A DNA stretch of 64,000 bases. Source: Ruditapes philippinarum. Its lineage: Eukaryota. Below the pieces are notes generated by a model. It searched no databases, was not told the origin of the DNA, and saw nothing but the letters and a program-made list of their open reading frames with translations. The translations under genes and the position numbers were made by a program. Below, in pieces: positions 52,970 through 64,000 of the stretch (position 1 is the first letter of the stretch; each line of letters starts with the position of its first letter). The stretch lies in the NCBI RefSeq assembly GCF_026571515.1, contig NW_026857242.1, forward strand, positions 62,001 through 126,000. Reading direction: 5' to 3'.

Positions 52970-55900
52970 ATGGGTTGCGGAAGTTCATCAGAGGCATCCG
53001 ATCCAAATAACAATGAAAAGACCGGCAAACAGACGACAAAACCAGTCCCGAGTAGATCAAACAAGACCGGGCAAGAAACTGGGAACGACCAGAATCAGAA
53101 TAAAGGGGAACGCGGAGCACTTCCGATTTTGAAGGACGAGCCAGAAATCGAAGATGTAGGTATCATTTTGTTTTCCTTATTTCTTTTCCTGTAATTTAAT
53201 ATGTTTTGGGTTTTTTTTTCATTAAAGTGTGATCTCGCTTTTGCGAATCACGCGGATTTAGTTTATCCATCAAGTGTCTTATAGTTTTGTTTTAGTAAGC
53301 ATTCGCTACTATAGAAAATTTAAAAAAAGACTGGAATACTTATTCAAAGACACTACAATTCAGTCGAGTTGTTAAAAATATTCCCGCCTTGATTTGAAAA
53401 AAAAAATGTGTTTCATTAATAAATGTATTTTTACAAGATAAATGGATTTTTAACAAATTCAACACATAAAAAAGTTAGATATTTGATAAGGCTGTAATTT
53501 TGTAAGCAATATCTATCTGAACAGCTACATTTAAATGTTCTTCGGCGCAAACTATTTCATTTAACTCCACGCGAGGTTAAATGTCTGACAATCCTGAATG
53601 TCTACTAATATACACAATAATAATATAAACATGCAAGTCGTCGAGTTTCTTAAACCACATTAAGATAAATACTAATGTATACATGCATGTCTGTCATATA
53701 GATATATGATATTATTTTATATCTGATTTTTTGTTTTGTTTTTAAAATGCAATCAGACATCTTGATCTTATGGGTGATAGAGTGTTGAATGTAAATAATT
53801 GTTAGATATTAATATAATATAGGTAGTTTATTATACCGGGATCTATCAAATATACATGTACAATGTCATGTACAACGTTATTAATTAAAGACCCGTTATG
53901 CTTAAGAAATGCTTTTCTTTTTATTTCTAAAAATATTATATTTTTGTTGTCCTGTTATAGTTATACACATTGGCCTAGTACCTGAAACATCTTTTGCGGC
54001 TGATGTTTTTGTTTAATTCGTATAGTTATAATGAGTTGGAACTTAAATTCTACATTGTTTACATTTTGCTACTTTTATGACAAATAATTTAGTGTCGTTG
54101 TCTTCAGGTGATAAGTTTAGTATCTAACATGCTTTCATTTAAGCATTATTAAACGCATGTTTACCATTTCAGTAAAAAGAATTATCAATTTCAATAAATA
54201 AATTGTTTCTTAGGCATAATATGCCTTTAAGTATACTAAAAATTGTTGCGTACAGTACGCTTTATTCATTACTCGTACATGTTCAGAAGGCAATTAATGA
54301 AAAATACAACTTTTCAGATTTTCCTTTGGGTTTAAGTAAATAAGTTCGACAGATATACAATGAAAAAAGAAAGTGCTCGCATGCTTTTACGTTAAATCAC
54401 ACTTGCTTTCAGATCGAATATTGTCTGATTTTATTGACCTGTCAATTATGAATACATTATAGCACTCATTTAAATATTCGACCCCACTTCGGTTTGGTCC
54501 GTGTAGTTTACGAGAATTAATGTGGAGTATAAAAGTCATATTTTGAAAGTCAGGCCAGCTTAATGTGAAGGGTTTCGTTAATTCGCAATAGCGCAGTCGG
54601 TTAAGAGAATGCCTGATAATTGAGAGGTCTGTGGTTCGATCCTTACTGATGACATTCTTTTAGGCTTTACTCTCTCTTTATTTTTGCAATATATTTTAAT
54701 GGAACCGATTTGTAGTGTGTTTTACGGCATTGTAAAGACATTTACTGATTTTAATCCGTTTTAATTTAAACATGAATTCTTAAAACATGTTATTTAAAAA
54801 GAGTATAGACTTTGCAAAATTAAGTAAAACATAATAAAACAAAACAAACAACATAAAAAATAATCATGTGTAGCTTTAATAATGTTGAAAGTATTAATAA
54901 GAAAAACAACAACATGGACCAACGCGGTCTCGAACTTAAAACATCTATGGCACTTATTATTGATTATAAACTCGTGCTTTACCCTATTGCGCTATAACGA
55001 TCAGTTCACTTAGTTCATACAAATTAAATTAAATTCCATCGTACAGCGTACATCTCACGGAGCTGACCGAAAATCTACCGAAGATTAATATATTGTGTGC
55101 ATCGACCGTGTAATCAGTATGTAATTGACAGGTTAATAAAACCAAACAATAGCTCATCAACACAATTGTTTTTTTAGTTTATCTATGCATGCTCTATAGT
55201 TCATGTGTACATTTACTGCATTAAGGTATATGTGTTCCATAAATGAAATAGAGAGTGAAGATTTACGATTTGAGTAAAAGTAAACGTATTCCATAGTTAA
55301 CAAGAAAAGCATTGATGCAAAGCATCAAAGGGCGACGCCAAAAGAATTTGATCCAGATTTGCACCTAAATACTTAACAAAAGATGTGTACTTTATAGCAG
55401 TACCATTACATGTGACCTGGAGGCTATGGCCAGGTTAAGTTGAAACTTAAACCAAAAAAGAATAGACTCTGTCTTGCCAAGATGCAAAGGCAATTTATAG
55501 TCAATTAAGCAATCTTATAAGACTCATGTTATAAGAAAGAATTTCTTCAGATTTCATTTATGAGACACAAGGATTCCTGAGTCATCAGCATATAATCACA
55601 GGCACGAGTATCAGACCTTGGATGAAAAAATATGGCCAGATTGATAAAAAAACCTGTGTTCATCTTAAACATCTTAAAAAATAAAATGTAAATAATGACC
55701 CCCTTTAAAAATATACTTCAAGTTGAAGTATATTTTTAAAGGGGGTCATTATTTACATTTTATTTTGGTTGTTGACACTTTTAAGATGAACACAGGTTTT
55801 TTTATCAATCTGGCCATATTTTTTCATCCAAGGTCTGATACTCGTGCCTGTGCATTATAATAAAAGCTTATTGCTTAGGGTTGAAGACATGTGATTGACA

Positions 55901-58900
55901 TATATTAGACATAAAAGAGGACCTAAAATGAACATCAGGGGGACAGCATAGGTACTCAGAGCAGTAGTAGAATAAGTACCAGCCACATCAACCAGCTACT
56001 ATCAGAGATAAGACTTAACCTCTGATCCCCGTTCAAAATTCCATTTTATTTAGTTCCGCCCATTGTTTTCTCGTTTAGGGCACACGCTTTTTATTACTTG
56101 GGGACCATACGCCGCTTTTCATGGAATGGCACGGAAGTGTCACATTGAAGGTTCTATGATAACCGCCGTATGAACACATCTGCGGATGTTTCTAAATTCA
56201 AAATTTTACTGTTTCGTGTTTAAACGTTGAATTCTGCTTAAGCCGGTGCTAGGGGGCGTGGACGGTAACTTGCACTTTCCAGTACCGTCCATGAACAGGC
56301 TCAATCAAACCGAGCCTGCAACATTTTCAATTTTGCCGTGTTGGGCTTTCTTTAGGGATTCTGTATTTATCTATTAAACCATGTAAGAATGTCATTATAT
56401 ATGGCAGATGCTTGAAGTTTCATGAAGAAGAAGAAAAACAACTTCTTCATGTGCAGGATAGTGTGTTTAACTGTATCAAATGCCCTTTGTAGATCTAAAA
56501 GTATCATGCAATACTGCCTTTGTCCATTTCAAATAATGCAATCTGTTAAATGAATCAAACATGTGTCAATTGAAAAACCACTTCTAAACCCTGACTGAAA
56601 CTGCCTGACCATGACTCAAACCCATGACTTTCAGAAGACCAACTGAGCTATCCGTCCTGCTACACATTTTCTCTTTAATAATGAAACAGTTCTAAAACCA
56701 CAACATATTTCCCCACTATATCGATTTGTGGTCGTGAATTTCTTATGTTACAGAGCATAGGAAATTGAACTCATGCTTATATGCAGTCATAGGATGAGAA
56801 AAACTTTGAGCTTGACCAGAAACTCATTAACCTGTGACCAACATAAGAAATTTTATGAAGGCTGATTTGTATTTTGCATCAAGGGCACCGGGCAAAAACA
56901 TGAAAAATGCAACAAACAAACCACTTTGTGGTAGATTGTATTTTCATGTTTTCATCTGGCGCCCAGTTACTTTTTGTACTATGTTGTTTTTCTTTTTCAC
57001 CATTGTTTTCATGTGGCACAAATCACCCACTATAAATTTAGTGCACAAATTTATTCAAGGGCAAGTAACAATCTACTCTATGTACAGTCTGTTGTCGCGT
57101 TGACTCAGGAGACCTGGAGGTTGAGACCGGTGTCTCTTCATTACAAATAGATAAGACAGAAGCTGTCCTTTTCAAACTATGCACATGTTAGGAAAAAAAT
57201 AGAATAACTATTCAGAATATGATTTTTTTTGAACTTTATTAATTATATTGCTTGATCCAAGTTTAAGGACATTTTCAATCAATACATGTTTATCATTTAT
57301 AAACTTTAAATGAAAGTCTCATCCCTTTAATAATAATGAATAACTGTATCTCTTAAAATGCAGAAAAATTATAAGTCTCAACATATCAATATACTACTGT
57401 CTAAGATATACATGTACATGCACATAACATTAATAATTCCCAGTTTATATTAAATTAATATGAAATCCTAACATTAACATTAACATGCTTTTGATGACCT
57501 TACAACTGGTGAATTATATACAACAAAAATAGTATTATAAGTAATACCTAAGATAGACAGAAAAGAACAAATAATTTAGTAAACATAAGTTTACTTCCCC
57601 TTTAAAATAAAGAAAACCTGAAACCCAAAAGAACACGATAAACAGCAAAATTATGAAATGTTGCAGGTTCAATTTTATCAAGCCATGCAAATTAATGGTA
57701 AAGTATTCATAAAAAAATAGATGGCCATGTGTCAGCAGTAATTGCAGAAAATCGGATAGCTTTCAACATCCGGATACTGGTACACTTGTAAAAAAAACAA
57801 CCATTCTGCGCAACAGATAAATGTAATAAGGATAAAATCAATAGGATAATCGTTTACAAACAGTTCCATTACCTATCCTTATACTCAATTGCAGGTGAAC
57901 TTTCTTCTTGTAGGAAAATTTTGAAAATGTATAAATGATACGGCCTCAATCTAGACCACAACGATATTCGAAATCCGGGTTTTAGTATTGTCATTAAAAC
58001 TAAGGGACAAGCTGTTAAACTTAACCCGCAATTTCGTGAAAATAATATCACAATGCACATGCTTTTTACATAAAGTTATTAAATACAAATATAACAACAC
58101 ATTTGTTTACTTGATTTTTACGAATCAAAATAAAACTAATTTACACAACATGAAATTAACTGCTAATAATAACAGCTCCTTCCATAGGCAAAAATAAAAA
58201 GCGTTCCATAATAGACGACGCCGCTCACCGGCGTCGCCAATGAACGACAATGAATTTGCATATTTACATGTACTTTTAAGTTAAGTATACGTGTTTCATA
58301 TTTTATAGATGAGATAGAAAGTGCACATCTACAATTTGGGTTAATTTATACGCGCATGTTCCAAATTTCATAAATGAAATAGAAAGTGCACATTTTCTAT
58401 TACATTAGTTAAAGTGTACGTGTTCCTTAGCTCATATATGCAATAGAAAGTGTACATTTACTATAAGATTAAAGTCTACGCGTGCCATACTTGGAAATAG
58501 AATGAAATAGAATGTGCGAATTTACAATTTGGGTTAACGTAAACATTTTCATAGTTAATGAACAACATTGAATATGCATATTTTCTATTAAGTTAAGTGT
58601 TTCATGGTTTATAGATGAAATAGAAAATGCACATTTACTATACGGTTAAAGTATTCGCGTGCCATAGTTCATCAATGAAATAGAAAGTTCAGAATTGTTT
58701 TTATGTTCAGTTTTTCCCGTCAATAGTTCAACAATAAAATAGAAAGTTCACAGCTGGTTTTACATTCAATCGATCAGAGATGAAAACGAAATTACTAACG
58801 CACATTTAACCGATTTGTCAAGCGACAATTACTTATTGTTCACTATTATATTTCATTTGCTCTTATATATAAGATATTCTGTCCGGTTGGGAACACACCG

Positions 58901-61900
58901 CATTTGAAATCTAGCGGCAGCCAGTCCGATCCTTGGGCGTGACGAAATTTCCCCTCAGACATAAAGATTTTATAGTCATTGAAATAGAAGCCTTTTACTT
59001 GCGGAGAACTAGGTAATTGTTGGTAGGTAATCCAGGAAATCCCGGTTGGAAGGCATAAAATGCAAAACAACCAAAAAAAGAATATGAAACTTAATTACAT
59101 ATTTATTTCAGTAAATTGTTCCCTTCTGATTACTTTATTCAGCTAATCAATATTATAATGCTATTGAAATATCAAATAATTATATGTTGCCTTATGTATA
59201 TTTAAATAATTTAAACATTGCATTATGTATGAGCTTGGATTCAGATACGCAGAAGCAAAATCATATTTATCTATGTGTTTGATTTTACGTATGTGTTTGT
59301 TTTTACATCAAAAAATAAATAATTAACGTCAGAATTACTCTAACAATGAGGTTTAACTTTAGAGAGCCTTTTTTATTAAACCAAGCGTTTAGTTTAGGGA
59401 CTACCTCAGAAGCGTAAACTATAAAGAAATAATGATATATAAATTTATAATATACGAGTACAAGGAACTGAACAATAAACAAACAAGAGCAAAATCAACT
59501 TCAGTGTAGTCCCGAATTTATTTACCTCATTGTACGTAGAGTGTTCTGATGTTGAAACATGTGTTATACATGTAATTTGAAAGCTCAAATGAACTCAGTT
59601 TGTGCGTATAATAAAACAAAAATCAATTAACAATAAAAACGGTTTCATATGATTTATTTTGTATCAAAGCCAGTATGTGAAACGATTTTAATAGCCAGTT
59701 TCTTAATTGGTCTTAAATGGCATTACGTTATGTCAATAAGTCGATGATAGCATGTTGGATAATATCAGACAAGAAGAGAACAAAATAATAAAGTCATTCC
59801 TAATCTATATTAATTTCAATCCCTTCTTAAATAAAGAATCATTTTTTATTTATGGTGTCAGATATTATAAATATATAGGTAAAGGTTACATATAAAGCAA
59901 ATGCTATAAATTTTATATACACAATGTAAATATATGTACTAATTACGATTATTCTGATAATTTTTAAACTTATCTAATTGCATTAATTTTGTGATCTAAC
60001 TATAGATTGTTATCATCTACATGATTTTTGTTGTTAACCTTTGTTCTATTTTGATATATAATGGTTTTGTCTATTTTGTTTGAATTCAGGTGGACGTAGC
60101 GAAGACAGAGGCAGGATATCCTGCCGTCAAAGTGCCAACAGAAAAAAGGGACGCCATCTTTAATGCCAGTAAAATGAAACATATTGATGAAAAAGCGAAA
60201 CAGGTAATGTTGTATCCGTCTATGTTGAGTACCTTGTTTACAATTTTTTGTTAAACAGGCAAATACATGTATCTTGAATAAGATGCAAATACAGCCAGGC
60301 ATGTGGAAAAGTAATCACATTCAAACCAAAACCCTTGAATCTAAACCATTACCAATAAAACAAATCATTCAGAACTTTAAATTCATCCTGTGATGTTGTC
60401 CATTTAAATTGAACAATCATGATAAAACAATCAATTTAAAACTGTATTTCAGACCCCTGCTGATAAGGCAAACGACTACCAAGAATTAATAACACACCTG
60501 ACATCATTCTGTAAGACTGATGTGGAAAAGGTCCGCTCCATCTTTTGTTGGATGACCTGTCAGGACGTGGACAATGCAGACTACTCTTCTGTTACCGATA
60601 GCGACACTCCATTAGGGTTTCTAAAGCTAATCCGAGACCACAGAGCATCCAAAGGTTCCTTCTTTGCAGTTCTGTGTCGGTAAAATATTAAATAATTATT
60701 TACAATTAGTATTACATTTCATGTGGAAGATTTAATCGATTAACAATCCTTTTATATAAAATGATACTTGATGTAGTCTAGGGCAAAACTAATCGTGATT
60801 TTGAGTATCATTTTCCATATTAGAGATACATTGATATATATTTGAGCCCATAAAATACATTTTTTATACTATATAGCTAGATAGTCCCCAAATATGTATG
60901 CATGTTTGACGTTTTTAAACTATTACCGAGCATTTCGGATATACATATAACAAGTTCAATGTGTTCTCATGCATAATTATAACATAATTATAACAATAGG
61001 CATGCGAACATACCGTGCGTTATTATCAACGGTTATGGAAAAAGTGTCTCCTATGATGTTGGCGATCCTGACGAGAAGGTGATGACACTAAATAACAACT
61101 GGAATGCCGTGTATGTGGCTGGGGGATGGCGTCTTGTGTTTCCTTTATGGGCAAGTTCTGGTGTTGTAGGACATTCCAGTGGGGCTTACACCAAAGTGGA
61201 GTCAAAAGGTAACACCGAGTAAATTAAATTTTTAAACATACACAATTTATAGATTTATGGCTGAATATATATTTTGTAGCACACAGTAGTCGTTGTCTCT
61301 TGATTATTATACAAAAATGGTTGAATTTGAAGAGTTCGGCAACATTTCTTATACTAATCAGCCAAGATTGTCAGGCTCCTTTACAAATATAAAGGTAAAA
61401 AGGAAGAACACCTTTAAGATGGTGACAGCTAGCTATGAGCATGTCAGATTTTGCGCATAGCAAGCCGATTGCGTTTATTTGAATTGATTCGTAGGACGAA
61501 TTTAAAAAGATTAGAAAGGATTAAAAAAAATTATGATATTTTATACAGATTGAACTATCATTTATTCCTGGCTTTACATACTTCTTCTTCTTATGATATG
61601 AGAAGACGCGTTCTGATAATCGCGTTTCACACGTCACACCTTTAATAACTAAACATTGCTATTATTTCTACAAACTGAAGTTGATATATGTTTGTGCTTT
61701 ATTCCAGACCCCATACCGGGTAACTTTATTCATTTTTAATTTCACGTGTAGAAAGATGATGACATAAAAAGTAGATAAAATTATAGGAGTAAAAAAACAA
61801 CAACAACAAAAAAAAAAACAAAAAAAAAACACGTAGATTTCTACTTTAAAAGTAGAAATATATTTAGTAAACGTTATTTTAAGTTTTATTCTTTTGGCCA

Positions 61901-64000
61901 GATAAAAAGTAAAAAACAGTGTTAGATAGACTGTATTTTCTATGGAATGTTCCGAACTCAATTTCTTTGATACGATCATAATTTCAGTATTTGCTATGTC
62001 AGTTTAGAAAGTATGCTTTCCTTCCTTAAATTCTTTCAAAACGAAAATATATATAATTATATATAGTTTACATCATAGTTTTATTAATTCTTTTTTTTTT
62101 TCTAAATAATTGCTGTAATAAATCGCAAACATTAATTTTTAAATATTTTGTATGCATTAAAATTTTAGTTTTTTTTTTTTTTCCCCAGTACTTTTTCCAA
62201 CTCTTTTTTAAATAGAAAAAACAAATCCTCCATGTTACTAAAACCACAAGGGAAGTTGAATATCATTAAACCCATCATTTTAAACCCGATTAGTCAATCA
62301 TACTTTACTTACTTTGAGTTTTCTACCAAAATAATGATTTCATTCTATATAATAATAATTTTATGATAAATGATGATTTCTTTCATCAATTTTTATTTTC
62401 TCCTGATTTCTTATGTTATTTATTTGTCATCAAATTCTGATAATTTTTGGATTTAACTTTTTATGGTTATATGACTTTTTTGACCACCATTATTAAAGGC
62501 TTGTACATAAACAGGCTTTATCAAAGCAATTTTACCGCTTTGTGCGTTCTTTGGGGATTTCGTTTTCTCTATTTTGTAGATTTTAATTTTTTTAGCTCAA
62601 GTTCGATTTTCTTATGTCTGTTTATTTAAGCAAACTTCTTACATTTAACTAACTTTTCGTATGTATTTAAGATTATGAAGAACTTCATAAATCTCTTGTT
62701 ATACAAATAAAGTTTCGTACCATACTTTTTATCATAACAGTCAAATATACATACACATGTACGAATCAACCATTTTCCTAGTTTTGTATAAACATAATGA
62801 GAATATACTGTTAAAATGTGTACAAGAAGATCAATAAAATATGTTTTAAATCTAAAATGCATGTACGAATATTAGCTAAATTATTTGTAATCAGGGTTAA
62901 TCTCGATATAAAAGACAAAAAAAAAGAAAAATAAAAACGTTTTTTAAAATTTTTTTGATATTTGAAAAAAATATGATTAAAGAAAAAAGGTATTAATAAT
63001 TTGTAATATTTCAAATTTCCCTAGTTCCCGGGCATCTTTTTAAAATAAAAATAGGGGAAAAACTGTTTTGTGAAAAAGGGAAAAGGAGGCTGCTGGAACC
63101 CATATTCAAAAATTGGACGATTACTATTTCTTTACCGACCCAGAAGACTTTGCATATGTGGCACTAGCAAAGGAGAAGCGATGGCAGCTTTTGGCTAGGC
63201 CTTGGACTGTGCAAAAATTTGCTGACGTACCGTTTTGTTCACGCTATTATTTTGAAAAAAAAAGTAAAGTTTTTAGTGTTTGTTTTGGGGGACTAAAAAA
63301 AAAAAAGGGAAAGGAAAAATGTCCCTGTGGGAAAATTTGGGGGTGAGGGAAACCCCAAAAAAATGGGATTTTATTACGAATTATATTACAACCCTAAAAA
63401 ATTTGGGGAAAAAAATATCGGGCAAACTTTGCAGCTAAATAATTTTGTACTGTTAAAAAAAGATCTGATTTTTAAAAGGGATTTTTTTGGGAAAACGGTT
63501 TTTTCCCAAAAAAGGAATTTTAAAGCTGGGAGATAGTAGGTGGAAGGCATTAAAAAAAATAAGAATGTGTTTCATTTTTAAAATTTTTGTAACGAAGTTC
63601 AGGAAAAACTGTCCCCATAACCCCTTTAAAACCGGGAAAAGTTGGGTATGGACCCCAAAAAGCAGATACTGAAATTGCCGGAAACAAAAACAACTTTACA
63701 TCAATCCGGAATAGTCAAAGTGTTTGCACGAAAGGAAATAGTTCTTAACTTCAACTTAACAAGAGACATACAAGTAAAAACCGAGCTAGTACACAATACT
63801 TTATCAAAAGAAGAATTATCGAAATATATAAAACAGACACAGTCAAACAGAAATGTTAACGTTCAAGTGAGCGTCCCGGAGAATGGAGAGTATGCTCTAA
63901 CAATGCATTCAAAGCAAAAGAATGAAAGCGAATTCAAGAACGTTTGCAATTATCTGCTCAGTTCAGAACATGGAAAGAAAAAGAGGATTCGAAATTGGGA
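52970..64000 (+). CDS. Gene D: second KY/hillarin-like transglutaminase pseudoenzyme with an MGCGSS N-terminus; 3'-incomplete, last visible exon has apparent frameshifts
   Basis: Exons 52970-53155, 60090-60203, 60453-60679, 61000-61208 and ~63055 to beyond 64000. Motifs include GYP, KVRSIFCW, FFAVLCRHANIPCVIINGYGK, WNAVYVAGGWRL, DDYYFFTDP..RWQLL and PENGEYAL..KNVCNYLL. The frame is broken in homopolymer runs at ~63250-63690. Confidence 0.82.
54421..55149. mobile_element. ~730-bp element with terminal inverted repeats and a tRNA-like segment in each arm
   Basis: The left end ttgtctgattttattgacctgtcaatta matches the reverse complement of the right end (ttgtttggttttattaacctgtcaatta). An inner pair tcggtttggtccgtg / cacggagctgaccga and box A/B-like motifs occur on both arms. 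Confidence 0.65.
55597..55852. repeat. Near-perfect 256-bp palindrome (young foldback/MITE-like element)
   Basis: cacaggcacgagtatcagacc...ggtctgatactcgtgcctgtg. The centre ...atacttcaa-g-ttgaagtat... has a 1-nt spacer at 55722, and there is one short asymmetric internal mismatch. Confidence 0.92.
56061..56365. repeat. Dispersed repeat family R2, longest copy
   Basis: Reverse complement of 16881-17121, plus an extension shared with 20181-20250 and 29400-29470. Confidence 0.88.
58245..58765. repeat. Degenerate ~60-bp tandem repeat, ~8-9 copies
   Basis: atgaaatagaaagtgcacat.. recurs at ~58308, 58373, 58437, 58501, 58557, 58614, 58674 and 58733. A related fragment lies at ~55180-55300. Confidence 0.85.

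Overview
AT-rich, intron-containing animal genomic DNA. The SINE/MITE repertoire resembles that of bivalve molluscs, which is an inference from repeat motifs. By hand-splicing GT-AG exons I recover four + strand genes. Gene A (~6.9-12.4 kb) is a two-MAM-domain type I membrane protein. Genes B, C and D form a tandem cluster of related N-acylation-motif genes. Gene B (24594-33393, 395 aa) is an MGCGGS lipid anchor + helical repeats + a dynein-stalk microtubule-binding-domain (MTBD)-like module + a basic repeat tail. Gene C (38539-45397, 767 aa) is a KY/hillarin-family transglutaminase-like pseudoenzyme + two KY Ig-like domains + the same MTBD-like module. Gene D (52970 to beyond 64000) is a second KY/hillarin-like gene that runs off the window and has a homopolymer-garbled exon. 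The main observation is a motor-less dynein MTBD-like domain joined to a membrane-targeting N-terminus, suggesting a family of membrane-microtubule tethers. Intergenic and intronic DNA holds decayed LINEs, an Academ-like remnant, SINEs, several palindromic MITE families and a 44/46-bp satellite that appears to derive from one of the MITEs. All homology calls come from motif recognition by eye; no searches were run.
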